A stretch of DNA of 64,000 nt from Desulfosoma sp. (GCA_037481835.1 JBBFKW010000002.1:202544-266543); one strand, 5' to 3'. Numbered from the stretch's first letter, positions 39,981 to 51,258 are shown. Notes: a model not told the origin generated them from the sequence alone. Made by a program: numbers and translations.

Positions 39981-40856
39981 TTATTCACGAAGTCGGGGAT
40001 CGAGAGCGTCGCGCAGCCCGTCTCCCAGAAGATTGAAGCCCAGAACGGAAAAGAGAATCATCAAACCCGGGAAGGTGACGGCCCACCAGGCCCTGAGAAT
40101 GAGGGCCCGACCGTTGGCGAGCATGGCGCCCCATTCCGGAGTGGGGGGCTGGGCGCCGAGGCCGAGGAAGCTCAACGCGGCGGCTTCCAAGATGGCCGAC
40201 GCGAAGCCCAGGGTCGTCTGCACGATCAACGGAGCCAGGCAATTGGGAAGGATATGGACGAAAATCAAGCGGGCGTCACTGGCTCCCAAAGCCCGTGCGG
40301 CCTGCACATAGTCCTTGGCATACTCTTCCAGGACCGATCCCCGCACCAGGCGCGCATACCGGGGAATACTCACCACCCCGATGGCGATCATGGCGTTTTG
40401 CAGGCTGGGTCCCAAGAACGCCACAATGACGATGGCCAACAGGATGCTTGGGAAGGCGAGCAAAAGATCCATGAAGCGCATCACCACGTGGTCGAGAAGC
40501 CCTCCGTAGAAGCCGGCCGTCGAACCCGCCAGGGTCCCGAAAAACAACGCGATGGATACGGACACCACGCCGACGACCATGGAGATGCGCGCCCCGTAGA
40601 TGAGGCGACTGAGAAGATCGCGCCCGAAATCGTCGGTGCCCAGCACATGGGTCCAGGACCCTCCCCTTTGCCACACCGGGGGTTTGAGTTTGGCGTAGAG
40701 GGATTGTTCCAGGGGATCGTGGGGAGCCATCAACGGGGCGAAAAGGGCCATCCCGGCAAAGAGCACGATAATCGCCAAGCCGGCGACGGCCGTCTTGTTC
40801 TTGCGGAGGCGTCGGAAGGCTTCCACCCAAGGGCTCTGAGGTTTTTCGCCGTTCAT
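39981..40856 (-). CDS. dppC: Peptide ABC permease (DppC-like)
   Basis: LGTDDFGRD, YVQAARALGA EAA loop, LSFLGLGAQPPTPEWG. Confidence 0.9.
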   Translation of the reverse strand: MNGEKPQSPWVEAFRRLRKNKTAVAGLAIIVLFAGMALFAPLMAPHDPLEQSLYAKLKPPVWQRGGSWTHVLGTDDFGRDLLSRLIYGARISMVVGVVSVSIALFFGTLAGSTAGFYGGLLDHVVMRFMDLLLAFPSILLAIVIVAFLGPSLQNAMIAIGVVSIPRYARLVRGSVLEEYAKDYVQAARALGASDARLIFVHILPNCLAPLIVQTTLGFASAILEAAALSFLGLGAQPPTPEWGAMLANGRALILRAWWAVTFPGLMILFSVLGFNLLGDGLRDALDPRLRE

Positions 40857-41861
40857 TCACGACACCTTAATCCGCGGATTGATCCACGCGTAGAGAATAT
40901 CCACGATCATATTGATGGTGACAAAGGTGGTGGCGATGAGCATGGTGCCGCCCTGCACGGCGTTGAAATCCCGGGCGTAGACGGCGTTCAGGAGCCACAA
41001 CCCGATGCCGGGCCAGGCGAAAATGGTTTCCGTGAGGATGGCTCCTCCGAGGAGGATTCCGAACTGTAGGCCGATCACCGTGATGATGGGGATGAGGGCG
41101 TTTTTCAGGGCGTGCTTGTAGTGAACGAGTCGCGGCGGCAGGCCCTTGGCCTTGGCGGTTCGGATGTAGTCCTGGCGCAGGACTTCCAGCATGCTGGATC
41201 GGGTGATGCGGGCGATGATGGCCATGGGGATGGTGCTCAGCGTGAAGGCCGGCATGACGATATGCCACAGAGCGTCCCGAAACCCTTGCCAGTTGGCCGT
41301 AAGCAGGCTGTCTATGAGGTGCAGCCCGGTGATGGTCTGAATGTGTACGTTGTAGCTCAGTCGTCCGGACAAGGGGAGCCAGCCCAGGTGAAGGGAGAAA
41401 ATGATCATGAGGATCAAGCCCAGCCAGAAGATGGGCATGGAAACGCCCACGAGGGAACAGAGCATGCTGGAGTAATCGAAGACCGAGTACTGGCGCGTGG
41501 CGGAAATGACTCCGGCAAACATTCCCAATGAGACGGCGAAGACCATGGCGGCGAAAGACAGTTCCACCGTGGCCGGAAAACGTTCGGCGATTTCGGTTGT
41601 GATTTCTTCATGGGTGCGCAGGGCCCTGCCCAGATCGCCGCGCAGCAGCCGGGAGATGAACCGGCCGTATTGAATGTGCAAAGGCTGGTCCAACCCCAGC
41701 TGCTCGCGCAGTTCCTTAAGGGCCTGTTCGGACGCCCGTTCCCCAAGCATCATCTCGGCCGGGTCTCCCGGAACCAGGTGAATCATGAGAAACACCAGGA
41801 CCGAAATGCCGAAAACGGTTGGGATCAGGGTCAGAACGCGTCGAATGATAAAAGAAGCCAC
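40857..41861 (-). CDS. dppB: Peptide ABC permease (DppB-like)
   Basis: PGDPA, GLDQP, RFPATVEL, DYIRTAKAKGL, TETIFAWPGIG; GTG start. Confidence 0.9.
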   Translation of the reverse strand: MASFIIRRVLTLIPTVFGISVLVFLMIHLVPGDPAEMMLGERASEQALKELREQLGLDQPLHIQYGRFISRLLRGDLGRALRTHEEITTEIAERFPATVELSFAAMVFAVSLGMFAGVISATRQYSVFDYSSMLCSLVGVSMPIFWLGLILMIIFSLHLGWLPLSGRLSYNVHIQTITGLHLIDSLLTANWQGFRDALWHIVMPAFTLSTIPMAIIARITRSSMLEVLRQDYIRTAKAKGLPPRLVHYKHALKNALIPIITVIGLQFGILLGGAILTETIFAWPGIGLWLLNAVYARDFNAVQGGTMLIATTFVTINMIVDILYAWINPRIKVS

Positions 41862-41895
41862 GTTTGCCTCTCAAGAGAACCCCGCGGCGATTGCC

Positions 41896-43506
41896 TCAGG
41901 ATTCGATCCACACCTTGTGCAGCCGGATACTCGCCGTGGGATGAAGCTTGAAGTTCATCACGGACTTTTTCATGGGCCACACCACCAAGGAATGGGCCAG
42001 GTTGATCAAGGGCACTTCTTCATGGATCAGTTCCTGTGCCCTGCGGTAGAGTTTGATGCGTTCTTCCTTGCTGGACGCCTGTTTCGCTTTGACGATGATC
42101 TCATGATATTCTTGGTTCTTCCATTGGGTCCGCACGTTGGGGTCGGCATAGCCGTCCAAGAGCACGGCCAGGAAGTTGTCCGGATCGCCGTTGTCGCCGG
42201 TCCAGCCCAGCTGGAACATATCCATGGACGGATCCTGTTCCCGCTGTTTCTTCAAGTACGTGCCCCATTCAAAGGTGACCAGTTCCACGTCGATCCCCAC
42301 CTTCTTGAGATCCGCCTGAATGGCTTCGCCCACTTTCATGCCGTTGGGATTGTACGGCCTTGGTACGGGCATGCTCCACAGGGTGATCTTGGTCTGGCCG
42401 GCTTCTTTGAGTTTGTCGAAGAACTTGGCTTCCTGGAGGAGCTTCTTGGCCATTTCGGGATCGTAGGGGTAGTCCTGGATATCGTCGTTGTATCCCCACA
42501 TGGTGGGCGGGATGGTGTTCTTGGCCACTTGGCCCAAGCCGTAGTAGATGTTGTCCACGATGGCCTTCTTGTTGATGGCGTAGGCCATGGCTTTTCGGAT
42601 CCTCTTGTCCTGCCACAGCGGTTTCGTGTGGTTGAAACTCACGTAGCCGATATTCATGCCCGGCTGGGACACGAGCTTCAGGTTGGGGTCCTTGGACGCC
42701 AGTTCGATGTCTTCCGGGTTGGGAAACTGGCAGATATCGATGTTACCCGTCTTCAGTTCCAGAAAACGCACCGAATTGTCGGGGATGGTTCGAAAGATGG
42801 CCTGATCCAGATAGGGCCGGCCGTCCCAGTAGTCGGGGTTGGCCTGGAGAATGATCCGATCGTCTTTGATCCACTTGACGAATTTGAACGGGCCGGTGCC
42901 CACGGGGTTGCTCTTGAAATCGGGGCCCAGCTTCAACACCGCCGTGGGGCTGACGATGGCGGCGAAGTCCATGCCCATATTGGCGATGAAAGGGGCCTCC
43001 GGCCTCAAAAGCTTGAAAACCACCGTGTAATCATCGACAGCTTCGATGCCGGCGACGATCTTGTCCATTTCCATGGACAGCCAGTATTCGGCGGGGGGCT
43101 GTTCCTTGGGAAATTCCCACTGGGTTTTAAAAAACTTGACCTTCTTCTCCTTCATCATGCGCCCGAGGGAAAAGACCACCGCATCGGCGTTGAAATCCGT
43201 GCCGTCGTGGAACTTCACTCCTTTGCGCAAATGGAAGGTGTAGGTGAGCCCGTCGGGCGACACGTCCCAGGAGGTGGCGAGCCCGGGGACGATGTCCGTG
43301 GATTCGTCCGCATAGAGCACCAACTGGTCATAGACATTGTCGCAGATCATGAAAGAGTTGCCGTCGGTTTCAAAAGCCGGATCCAACCCCACACTGTCGC
43401 CGCCTCTGCCGAAAACCAGGGTGCCCCCCGTTTTCGGAGTGGCCGCCGCGGCCGCCGACGCCCACAAAATCCCCAGTGCCGCCATCCACACACCCCATCT
43501 TTTCAT
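41896..43506 (-). CDS. dppA: Peptide ABC substrate-binding protein (DppA-like)
   Basis: Signal peptide, [29 protein letters not shown] family 5 signature, [25 protein letters not shown]. Confidence 0.92.
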   Translation of the reverse strand: MKRWGVWMAALGILWASAAAAATPKTGGTLVFGRGGDSVGLDPAFETDGNSFMICDNVYDQLVLYADESTDIVPGLATSWDVSPDGLTYTFHLRKGVKFHDGTDFNADAVVFSLGRMMKEKKVKFFKTQWEFPKEQPPAEYWLSMEMDKIVAGIEAVDDYTVVFKLLRPEAPFIANMGMDFAAIVSPTAVLKLGPDFKSNPVGTGPFKFVKWIKDDRIILQANPDYWDGRPYLDQAIFRTIPDNSVRFLELKTGNIDICQFPNPEDIELASKDPNLKLVSQPGMNIGYVSFNHTKPLWQDKRIRKAMAYAINKKAIVDNIYYGLGQVAKNTIPPTMWGYNDDIQDYPYDPEMAKKLLQEAKFFDKLKEAGQTKITLWSMPVPRPYNPNGMKVGEAIQADLKKVGIDVELVTFEWGTYLKKQREQDPSMDMFQLGWTGDNGDPDNFLAVLLDGYADPNVRTQWKNQEYHEIIVKAKQASSKEERIKLYRRAQELIHEEVPLINLAHSLVVWPMKKSVMNFKLHPTASIRLHKVWIES

Positions 43507-43648
43507 CGCCGTCCCTCCTTCGAACATCTTTGTGTGACACCGCCGAAGACCTTATCATGTCTAGGAAAACTGATGCACACGTAGCAGATCTTGTGTAAGA
43601 TGTCAAAAGTGGCGGATTCGAGCGACACCGGCATGGAAAGGAGAGGGA

Positions 43649-45550
43649 ATGGCTCAAAAACCGGACCGGGAGCCTGTGGGGCTGAAGGATTTCCTTGATC
43701 GCGTCAAGGAATCCATGGGCGGGGCGCCTGATCACAACAAGCGCAAGGTGCATTTTTCCTTTTGGTATTTCCTCATCGCGCTCATGGTCATCTCCTGGAT
43801 CCATGACGTCATGGTCCAGCAGCAGCGCGTCCAGATTCCCTATTCCCAATTCAAACAGCTGGTGCAGCAAGGGGCCGTGAAAAACGTGGTCATCGAGCCC
43901 AACCGCATCACGGGGGAAATTACCGAAGGAGACCTGGCCAACCGGCGTTTTGTGGCCGTTCGGGTGGAAGATCCCGAATTGGTGCGGCTTTTGGACCAGC
44001 GAGGCATCGCCTACACGGGCCGCTTGGAAAACCGCATCCTCGAAGCCGTTCTGTCGTGGCTTCTGCCCATGGCCTTTTTCATTCTCTTTTGGGGTTTTCT
44101 CATCCGCCGCATGGGTGGGGGCCCCCAAGGGGTACTCTCCGTGGGTAAGGCCCGGGTCAAGATTTACGCGGAAAAGCAGGTCGGGATCACCTTCGACGAC
44201 GTGGCCGGAATCGACGAAGCCAAGGTGGAACTCCAAGAGATCGTGGAATTTTTGCAAAACCCGGAAAAATTCCAAAGGCTGGGCGGAAAAATTCCCAAGG
44301 GCGTCCTGTTGGTGGGCGCGCCCGGCACGGGCAAGACCCTCCTCGCCAAAGCTGTGGCCGGGGAGGCGGGCGTGCCGTTTTTCAGCATGAGCGGGTCGGA
44401 CTTTGTGGAAATGTTCGTGGGCGTCGGTGCGGCTCGGGTCCGTGACCTTTTCGCCCAAGCCAAGCAAAACGCCCCGTGCATCATCTTCATCGATGAGCTG
44501 GACGCCTTGGGGAAGGCCAGAGGATTAAACCCCGTGGGCGGGCACGACGAAAGGGAACAAACCCTAAACCAGCTCCTGGTGGAAATGGACGGCTTCGAGG
44601 CCAATTCGGGCGTGATCATCATGGCGGCCACAAATAGGCCGGAAATCCTGGACCCGGCCCTCCTTCGCCCGGGACGGTTCGACCGCCACGTGGCCGTGGA
44701 CAAGCCGGACATCCGCGGCCGCGAAGCCATTTTGAAGATCCACACCCGAAACGTCCAGCTGGACGACGATGTGGACCTCCAAAAGGTGGCGGCCATGACC
44801 CCAGGGTTTGTGGGGGCGGATTTGGCGAACCTGGTCAACGAAGCGGCCCTTCTTGCGGCACGGCGAAACAAAGACCGTGTGGGCATGTCCGAATTCCAGG
44901 AAGCCATCGACCGCATTATCGGAGGACTGGAAAAGAAGAACCGGGCCATGAATCCCAAGGAGAAAAAAATCGTGGCCTTTCATGAAGCGGGGCACGCCTT
45001 GGTGGCCATGAACGTCCCTCACGCCGACCCCGTCAACAAGGTGTCCATTATTCCGCGAGGGATCGCCGCCTTGGGCTACACCCAGCAGATGCCCACGGAG
45101 GACCGCTACCTCATGACCCGGGAAGAACTTCTCGACCGGCTGTGTGTGCTTCTCGGGGGCCGTGTGGCTGAAGAGCTGGTCTTCGGCGATGTGTCCACGG
45201 GGGCGCAAAACGATCTGCAGCGGGCCACCGATATCGCCCGCAGCATGATCATGGAATACGGCATGAGCGACAAGCTGGGGCTGGTCACCTTCACCCGGGA
45301 ACCGCGCTCCGCGTTCCTCGATCTGGGCATGGCGCCTCGAGCCCGCGAGTACAGCGAAAAGACGGCCCAAGAAATAGATGAGGAAATCCGAAGGGTGATC
45401 GAGGAATCCTACGCCCGGGTCCGAGAAATCTTGACGAAAAAGCGCCGGTACTTGGACCAAATGGCGGAGACCCTGTTGGAACAGGAAGTTCTGGAAGGCG
45501 AAGCCTTGAGGGCCTTGGAGCGCCAGGTGAAGGCCGATGAGGCGGCATAG
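43649..45550 (+). CDS. ftsH: ATP-dependent zinc metalloprotease FtsH
   Basis: Two TMs, [31 protein letters not shown]. Confidence 0.97.
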   Translation: MAQKPDREPVGLKDFLDRVKESMGGAPDHNKRKVHFSFWYFLIALMVISWIHDVMVQQQRVQIPYSQFKQLVQQGAVKNVVIEPNRITGEITEGDLANRRFVAVRVEDPELVRLLDQRGIAYTGRLENRILEAVLSWLLPMAFFILFWGFLIRRMGGGPQGVLSVGKARVKIYAEKQVGITFDDVAGIDEAKVELQEIVEFLQNPEKFQRLGGKIPKGVLLVGAPGTGKTLLAKAVAGEAGVPFFSMSGSDFVEMFVGVGAARVRDLFAQAKQNAPCIIFIDELDALGKARGLNPVGGHDEREQTLNQLLVEMDGFEANSGVIIMAATNRPEILDPALLRPGRFDRHVAVDKPDIRGREAILKIHTRNVQLDDDVDLQKVAAMTPGFVGADLANLVNEAALLAARRNKDRVGMSEFQEAIDRIIGGLEKKNRAMNPKEKKIVAFHEAGHALVAMNVPHADPVNKVSIIPRGIAALGYTQQMPTEDRYLMTREELLDRLCVLLGGRVAEELVFGDVSTGAQNDLQRATDIARSMIMEYGMSDKLGLVTFTREPRSAFLDLGMAPRAREYSEKTAQEIDEEIRRVIEESYARVREILTKKRRYLDQMAETLLEQEVLEGEALRALERQVKADEAA

Positions 45551-45586
45551 GGGCGAGATTCCGCCGGCTTACATCTTCGAAAACTC

Positions 45587-45618
45587 GTAGGTTGGGGTTC
45601 GCCTTGCGAACCCCAACA
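45587..45618 (+). repeat. Single GTAG-type REP palindrome
   Basis: GTAG-GTTGGGGTTCGC-ctt-GCGAACCCCAAC between convergent ftsH and pepA; near-identical to units at 59737-59890. Confidence 0.75.
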
Positions 45619-45761
45619 TCCTCCGGCGCCCATTTCGGCGCGTTCGTGTCCCCAATGGTGCCCCCGCCACCCCGTGCCCCAAGGCTCCCGCCGAATACGC
45701 CGGGTGCCCGACGGGGCCCCCACCGCACCGAGAGTCCTGGGCTTTTGCCTTCCCGGTTTTT

Positions 45762-47279
45762 TCAGATTCCCTTTTCGGGGTTCCACTCGCGGATGAATTG
45801 GACCAAGGTGCGCACGCCAAAACCGCTGGCGCCCTTGGGAATCCAGCCCAGGTCCTTGTCCGCCCATACGGTTCCGGCGATATCCACGTGGGCCCACGGG
45901 ACCGCATCGGGGACGAACTGCTTTAAAAACATGGCCCCGATGATGGTGCCCGCCTTGCGATCCCCGACGTTTTTGAAATCGGCCACATCACTTTTCATGT
46001 CCTCAAAATAGAAATCGTAGAGCGGCAGGGGCCAGAAAAGCTCGCCCAAGGGTTTCCCGATCCTTTGGATCATCGCCAGCAAGGCCTCTTGGTTTCCCAA
46101 AAGACCCGCCACTCGATCCCCCAAGGCGATGACACATGCGCCGGTGAGTGTGGCCAAATCCACCATGACGGCAGGGTGGTATTGGGAGACGGCGTAGCTC
46201 AGGGCATCGCACAGGATCATTCTCCCTTCCGCGTCCGTGGAGATCACTTCCACGGTGAGGCCCGCGTGGGTTTTGATGACGTCACCCGGTTTATACGCTT
46301 GACCGTCCGGCATGTTTTCCGTGCACGGCATGAGGCCCACGACCCGGCGCGGAATCTTGAGCCGGCCGACGGCCTCCAGGGTTCCCAAAACGGCGGCGGC
46401 CCCGGCCATGTCGTGCTTCATGTCTTCCATCTTGGCCGCAGGCTTGATGGAAATGCCGCCCGTATCAAAGGTGATCCCCTTTCCCACCAGCACCACGGGC
46501 GATTGATGTTCCAAGCCTTGCGGGCAGTGTTCCACGACGATGAATCGGGCGGGTTCCCGGGATCCTTGGGCCACCGCCACAAAACCGCCCATGCCCAGTT
46601 CCTTGGCTTTATCCAGGTCGAAGGCATCGAAGGCCATGCCGTGAGCGGAGGCGAGGCGGGCGGCTTCTTGAGCCATGCGGGTGGGGGTCACCAAATTGGC
46701 GGGGGCTGTGGCGAGATCTCGAGCCAACCGGATACCGCTGGAGACCGCGTCCACCTCGCCAAAGAGTTCCGGGATGAAGGGCAGGGGGCCTTCGGAACAG
46801 ACGATGACTTCCTTGGGGCAATCGGATTTTTCCACGTCCCGGGTCTTGAGTTCATCGTAACGATACAGCCCGAGACGGGCCGCCATCAGGGCTTCTCGTA
46901 AAAGAATCTCCTCGCTTTCCGGCATGTCGCTTAGAGCCGTGACGGGCAAAAGTACCCGTTCCACGGAAAGATCGCGGCAGCGCCGAACCGCCATGGCGGT
47001 TGCGTGCCGAAAAACTTCAAGCGACCAGTCCTTTTTTTTCCCTAACCCGACCAGGATCACACGGGGGATGCGGGCGTCGGCGGGCCCGTAGAAGAGAAGG
47101 ATCTCGGCTTTCTTGCCTCGAAAATCCTTAAGGGCGGGGCTGTCCTTGAGCCATGGAGCTTCTGCGTCCATCCATCGAACAAACCCGGCAGGAAACCCAT
47201 TATCGTCCTGCCATGCGTAAAAGAGAATGCCGTCACCGTTCCAACGGGAAAAAGGCCCTTCCACATGTTTCCAGTCCAT
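45762..47279 (-). CDS. pepA: Leucyl aminopeptidase (M17)
   Basis: VGKGITFDTGGISIK, MKHDMAG, STDAEGRM, DLATLTG, WAHVDIAG. Confidence 0.95.
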   Translation of the reverse strand: MDWKHVEGPFSRWNGDGILFYAWQDDNGFPAGFVRWMDAEAPWLKDSPALKDFRGKKAEILLFYGPADARIPRVILVGLGKKKDWSLEVFRHATAMAVRRCRDLSVERVLLPVTALSDMPESEEILLREALMAARLGLYRYDELKTRDVEKSDCPKEVIVCSEGPLPFIPELFGEVDAVSSGIRLARDLATAPANLVTPTRMAQEAARLASAHGMAFDAFDLDKAKELGMGGFVAVAQGSREPARFIVVEHCPQGLEHQSPVVLVGKGITFDTGGISIKPAAKMEDMKHDMAGAAAVLGTLEAVGRLKIPRRVVGLMPCTENMPDGQAYKPGDVIKTHAGLTVEVISTDAEGRMILCDALSYAVSQYHPAVMVDLATLTGACVIALGDRVAGLLGNQEALLAMIQRIGKPLGELFWPLPLYDFYFEDMKSDVADFKNVGDRKAGTIIGAMFLKQFVPDAVPWAHVDIAGTVWADKDLGWIPKGASGFGVRTLVQFIREWNPEKGI

Positions 47280-47575
47280 TCGTACGTCCTCCTCGTAAAC
47301 TGTGGCCCAACCCTGCCCGATTCCACGCGAGGCCGGGGAAAATGCGTACGATCCCGGCGCAGAGGCCTCTCCGATTGAACTCGGCGATAGGCTCCTTCGG
47401 GCTGCTTATCAAAAGAGACTGCCCCCTCCCGCGTCAAGGAAAACGTCCGAGGAGGCTGTCCGGCAATTCGATTGTTGCCGACGTGGGCAACGTAAAATCA
47501 GATAGTTACGATGCCATAAACCAACAAAATCGGCATTCTCGGACAAGCTCCGAGGGCCGTGCTCGCCTTCTTTCC

Positions 47576-49531
47576 TTACCACCCACTGCCGCCTCCGCCT
47601 CCGCCGCCCCCGCCGGATGAGCCGCCGCCTCCCGATCCCGAACTGGATCCCGGAGGGGTGGAGGCCGACGCGATGGCGCTGGTAAGGCTGCCGCTCAGGC
47701 TGTCGCTGAAGGTGGTGAGGCTCGAAGCCCCCACGGTGGACCATCGGCTTCCGCTGTACCAAGTGGGACGATAAGGCTTTTGGGCGTCATCGGCGGCGTC
47801 GAGAACCCTGGCGAACTGCTCGCACCACTCCTGCTCCACGTCCAAGGCGAGGGCGTAGGGAAGGTATTTTTCGAAATGTTCGGGTGTCTTTTCCGGCGGA
47901 TGGAGAATCCCCAGGCGGTCCTTTTCGGCGATGCTCAGATACATTCGGAAGCCCTCGATATGGTCGAGGATTTTCCGACCCAGGCGGGTCGGCGCCTTGA
48001 GCAAATGATAAAAAAGGGCGTGAAGGCCTCCGAGGGCCGCCAGGATAACTGCTCCCAAAAGCGAGACGCTGTAGGCAAAAAAGGCGAACCCGCCGATTTC
48101 TCCCGCCCAGAACGGCAGGGCTAACAACGTGATGCCCACGGCGGAAAACTTGCCCAAGAGGCGACGCGGCAACCGTCCCCGGCGGGATCCTCGCCATGCC
48201 TGAATCACCTGGATGGCCAAAGCGGTACAGCCCAAAGACCAAATGCTCAGCCACAGGGCCAGGAAGGCTGCCATGACCGGCTGAGTCCCGTAGAGGATGA
48301 GCCCCGCCAAGATGGCCAAGGAAAGGCCCAGCGCGGGGATCATGTAGCGGGTGTTCGTGAAGAAATAGGTTTTCTCGTATTCCTGGGAAAGGGTTTTATG
48401 GAGATCATCCAAGGCCTTTCTGAATTTGGCCGCATTTTTGTTGTCGAGAGCGATTTCTTTTAAGCCCGAATCGAAAAGGGCGTCCGCGATCTTTTTTTCT
48501 CCAGGGGTAAGGTTTTCCTTTTTACTGGATTTCTTAACCAGGACGTAGGTGTCGTCGGTTTCGCGGATGAGGAGGTGGCCTTTGACGGCCATGTTGACGA
48601 CGGCAGCAGCGAAAGTCTTCTGATCGAAGTCCATATTGCGAACAAATCGCACGGCGGCCGGTGAAAAACCGTAGGGTGGTTCGAACAGAGGGATGATGGT
48701 GCCGGGTTCGGGATCCCGACCGACCCGAAACCAGACTACCAGATAGTACACCAGGACCGCGATGAGTCCGACAATCCCGAGGGTGGAGCCTCGATTGTCT
48801 CCCAGCAGCGCCAAGGCCCGCTCCACCCGATCGGGTTCGTGGACGAAGCCCTTGGGCCAGGCCGCAGCGACCGTCAGCCCTTCACCCACGCCGAGCTTTC
48901 GCGTGGTTTCAAAAAACAACGTGCCGCCCCCTTCGTCGACGAAACGGTAGTCCTGCCCTCGATCCCCCTGGGGCCCGGTGTAGGCCGCGACCTGGAGGAG
49001 CCGGGCGCCCTGAGGCAGGACGATCCGCGCCGCCGCATGGTCGATGGGGAAGGTCCAGCCCGTTCCCGTCACGTTCCAGTAAAGCTCGTCGTAGTCCTTA
49101 AAGAAGCCCAACTGGCGGGATGTCCGATAGGTGATCGCGTAAGTATGGATGCCCGGATCGATGAAAACATCCTTATGCCCGGTAGAGATTCGAACCCCGT
49201 TGCCGACGCGTTCCGTATGGTAGGGTTCGAGCCGGCCGTCACGCCGCACTTCCACGATGTCGAAGGAGACCCGCACGCGATGGCCCTGCCGGTCCTTATA
49301 GACCGTGGGGAAGTCGCGGATGATCCCCCTTTTGATGGATTGGCCCAGGGCGCGGACCGTGATGGTTTCTTTCACGGTGAGGCTCGAGTCTGCGTGGATG
49401 GTGATGTCGCTCGAAAAATCCAGGATTCTCTCGTCCTGGACGTCCTGGGCCGCCCGAGTCGGAACGGCGCCAAGGATTCCGGAGCTCCAAAGGGTCACGG
49501 AAACAAGGACGAGTAACAGCCCTCGGCGCAT
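47576..49531 (-). CDS. DUF2207 family membrane protein
   Basis: Signal peptide, ELYWNVTG, YLPYALALDV, Gly/Ser tail SSGSGGGGSSGGGGGGGGGSGW; follows lemA. Confidence 0.88.
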   Translation of the reverse strand: MRRGLLLVLVSVTLWSSGILGAVPTRAAQDVQDERILDFSSDITIHADSSLTVKETITVRALGQSIKRGIIRDFPTVYKDRQGHRVRVSFDIVEVRRDGRLEPYHTERVGNGVRISTGHKDVFIDPGIHTYAITYRTSRQLGFFKDYDELYWNVTGTGWTFPIDHAAARIVLPQGARLLQVAAYTGPQGDRGQDYRFVDEGGGTLFFETTRKLGVGEGLTVAAAWPKGFVHEPDRVERALALLGDNRGSTLGIVGLIAVLVYYLVVWFRVGRDPEPGTIIPLFEPPYGFSPAAVRFVRNMDFDQKTFAAAVVNMAVKGHLLIRETDDTYVLVKKSSKKENLTPGEKKIADALFDSGLKEIALDNKNAAKFRKALDDLHKTLSQEYEKTYFFTNTRYMIPALGLSLAILAGLILYGTQPVMAAFLALWLSIWSLGCTALAIQVIQAWRGSRRGRLPRRLLGKFSAVGITLLALPFWAGEIGGFAFFAYSVSLLGAVILAALGGLHALFYHLLKAPTRLGRKILDHIEGFRMYLSIAEKDRLGILHPPEKTPEHFEKYLPYALALDVEQEWCEQFARVLDAADDAQKPYRPTWYSGSRWSTVGASSLTTFSDSLSGSLTSAIASASTPPGSSSGSGGGGSSGGGGGGGGGSGW

Positions 49532-49550
49532 GGCCGCCCTCCTTGGTTTT

Positions 49551-50105
49551 TCATGCAAAGCCGACCTTGGGCACGGCCCGGTCCGCGTCCTCGATTTGGA
49601 AAAACGCTGCCTTTCGGAACCCAAAAAACGAGGCGAAAAGGTTGCTGGGGAAACTTTCGATGAGAATATTCAGATCCCTTACCGTGCCGTTGTAATAGCG
49701 GCGGGCCAACTGGATCTGGTCTTCAATGTCGCTCAGAGCTTTCTGGAGTTCCAGGAAATTCTGGTTGGCCTTGAGGTCGGGGTAATTTTCGGCTACGGCG
49801 AAAAGAGCCCCCAAGGCCCGGCTCACAGCCCCTTCCGCCGCCGCGCGTTCTTCCACGGTGGCCGCCGCAAGGCTTTTGGCCCGAAGCGTCGTCACCTGCT
49901 CCAAGACGCCCCGTTCGTGCTGCATGTACCCTTTGACCGTTTCCACCAGGTTGGGAATGAGGTCCGTGCGACGCTTCATTTGCACGTCCATGCCGCTCCA
50001 GGCTTCTTCCACCAGATTCCTGGCGCGCACCAACCGGTTGTAGATCGCAACGGCGAAAAACCCGAGAAGCACGACGAGTGCCGCTACCACAGCCCAGCTG
50101 ACCAT
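49551..50105 (-). CDS. lemA: LemA family protein
   Basis: YNRLV, RRTDLIPNLVETVKGY, ENYPDLKANQNF, ARRYYN, FPSN. Confidence 0.95.
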   Translation of the reverse strand: MVSWAVVAALVVLLGFFAVAIYNRLVRARNLVEEAWSGMDVQMKRRTDLIPNLVETVKGYMQHERGVLEQVTTLRAKSLAAATVEERAAAEGAVSRALGALFAVAENYPDLKANQNFLELQKALSDIEDQIQLARRYYNGTVRDLNILIESFPSNLFASFFGFRKAAFFQIEDADRAVPKVGFA

Positions 50106-50157
50106 ACCATGCTCCTTATGCTAGGGGCTCTTGGAAAGAGGGACGGTTAGATTCTCA

Positions 50158-50997
50158 TTAATCCTTCTTTGGGCTTTCGGCCAGGGGGATGCCATGTGTC
50201 GTGCCGGTTTCCCCGTCGAAGTAGAGGAGCCGTCCGGCGTAGGCTGGAGGGCGCCCTGTGAGGAGTCGAAGGACTTCCATGGCCTGGAGGCTCCCGATGA
50301 CGGCAGGGGTAGGCCCTGGAACACCCAGGTCCTGTTCCGCTTCGGTGCGGTCCCGTCGCTCGCCGTAGACGGCTTCAAGACCGACGGGTGAATCCGGCAG
50401 AAAGGTGGCGACCTGGCCCAGCCACCCGGCGACGGCGCCGTGCACCCAGGGGATGCGCCGGTTTCGGCAGGCTTGTTCCAAAACGAAACGGCTTTTCAGG
50501 TTGTCCAGGGCATCCACGGCCACCTGGCAGTTCTCGAGGATCCGATCCGCGTTTTCCCTTTCCAAGGGTTGCTGGATAGCCGTCACACGGATGAGCGGAT
50601 TGATGCGGCGGCATCCTTCGGCGGCTTCTTCAGCTTTGGGCCGGCCGAGGTTTTCCGCGTTCGCGAACCACTGGCGGTTCAAATTGGTCGGATAAAAGGC
50701 GTCCGCGTCGCAGAGGATGAGATGCCCGATTCCCGCGCGGGCCAAAAGCTGGGCCGAGACCCCGCCGAGGCCCCCGCAGCCGCAGACGAAAACCGTCGAT
50801 TGCGAAAGGGCCTGTTGGTCCTCGAAATTCAGTGTCCACAAGTTCTTAAGGTATCTGTAAGGAAGGATCCCACTTCCGAGGGCTTCTCTTTGGGCTTCCC
50901 AGGGTTCTAGATTGTTTTCCGCCGCCCATCGCAGAAGATCGGCATCCTGGATGACGCGCACGCTTCGGCCGCCGTAAACAACCGTCTTGGAAGTCAT
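50158..50997 (-). CDS. ThiF/MoeB/HesA family adenylyltransferase
   Basis: GCGGLGG, TNLNRQ, VDALDN, GSLQAMEVL. Confidence 0.88.
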   Translation of the reverse strand: MTSKTVVYGGRSVRVIQDADLLRWAAENNLEPWEAQREALGSGILPYRYLKNLWTLNFEDQQALSQSTVFVCGCGGLGGVSAQLLARAGIGHLILCDADAFYPTNLNRQWFANAENLGRPKAEEAAEGCRRINPLIRVTAIQQPLERENADRILENCQVAVDALDNLKSRFVLEQACRNRRIPWVHGAVAGWLGQVATFLPDSPVGLEAVYGERRDRTEAEQDLGVPGPTPAVIGSLQAMEVLRLLTGRPPAYAGRLLYFDGETGTTHGIPLAESPKKD

Positions 50998-51258
50998 GAC
51001 GTTACGCCTTCCCTTGAGATCCGTTCATGGTCGATATCGTGCTGGAGTCTTTCAGGTCCGGCATAGGGCGTCTCGCGAGTGGATGAAGACTCCGATTGGA
51101 CGGGACCTTCACGAGCGTCGAAGGGTGACGCTCTTGCAGGCCCCGGTGGGGCGCACGAGCCGCCGTGACCCCTAGCTACCACAGCAAGGCGGAGAATCCA
51201 AGGCACCCCGCAACGGGGCTGTTTCTGCCAGTGGCGGCTTGCGGCCGGGAAAACGGCA

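Noticed and set aside
41785..43584. 599-aa plus-strand ORF
   Set aside because: Antisense shadow of dppA.
47580..47660. Low-complexity GC-rich repeat tract
   Set aside because: Encodes the normal Gly/Ser tail of DUF2207 proteins.
51000..51255. Possible riboswitch or MoaD/ThiS gene between the ThiF-like gene and serC
   Set aside because: Only short hairpins; no riboswitch consensus or Gly-Gly-ending ORF recognised.
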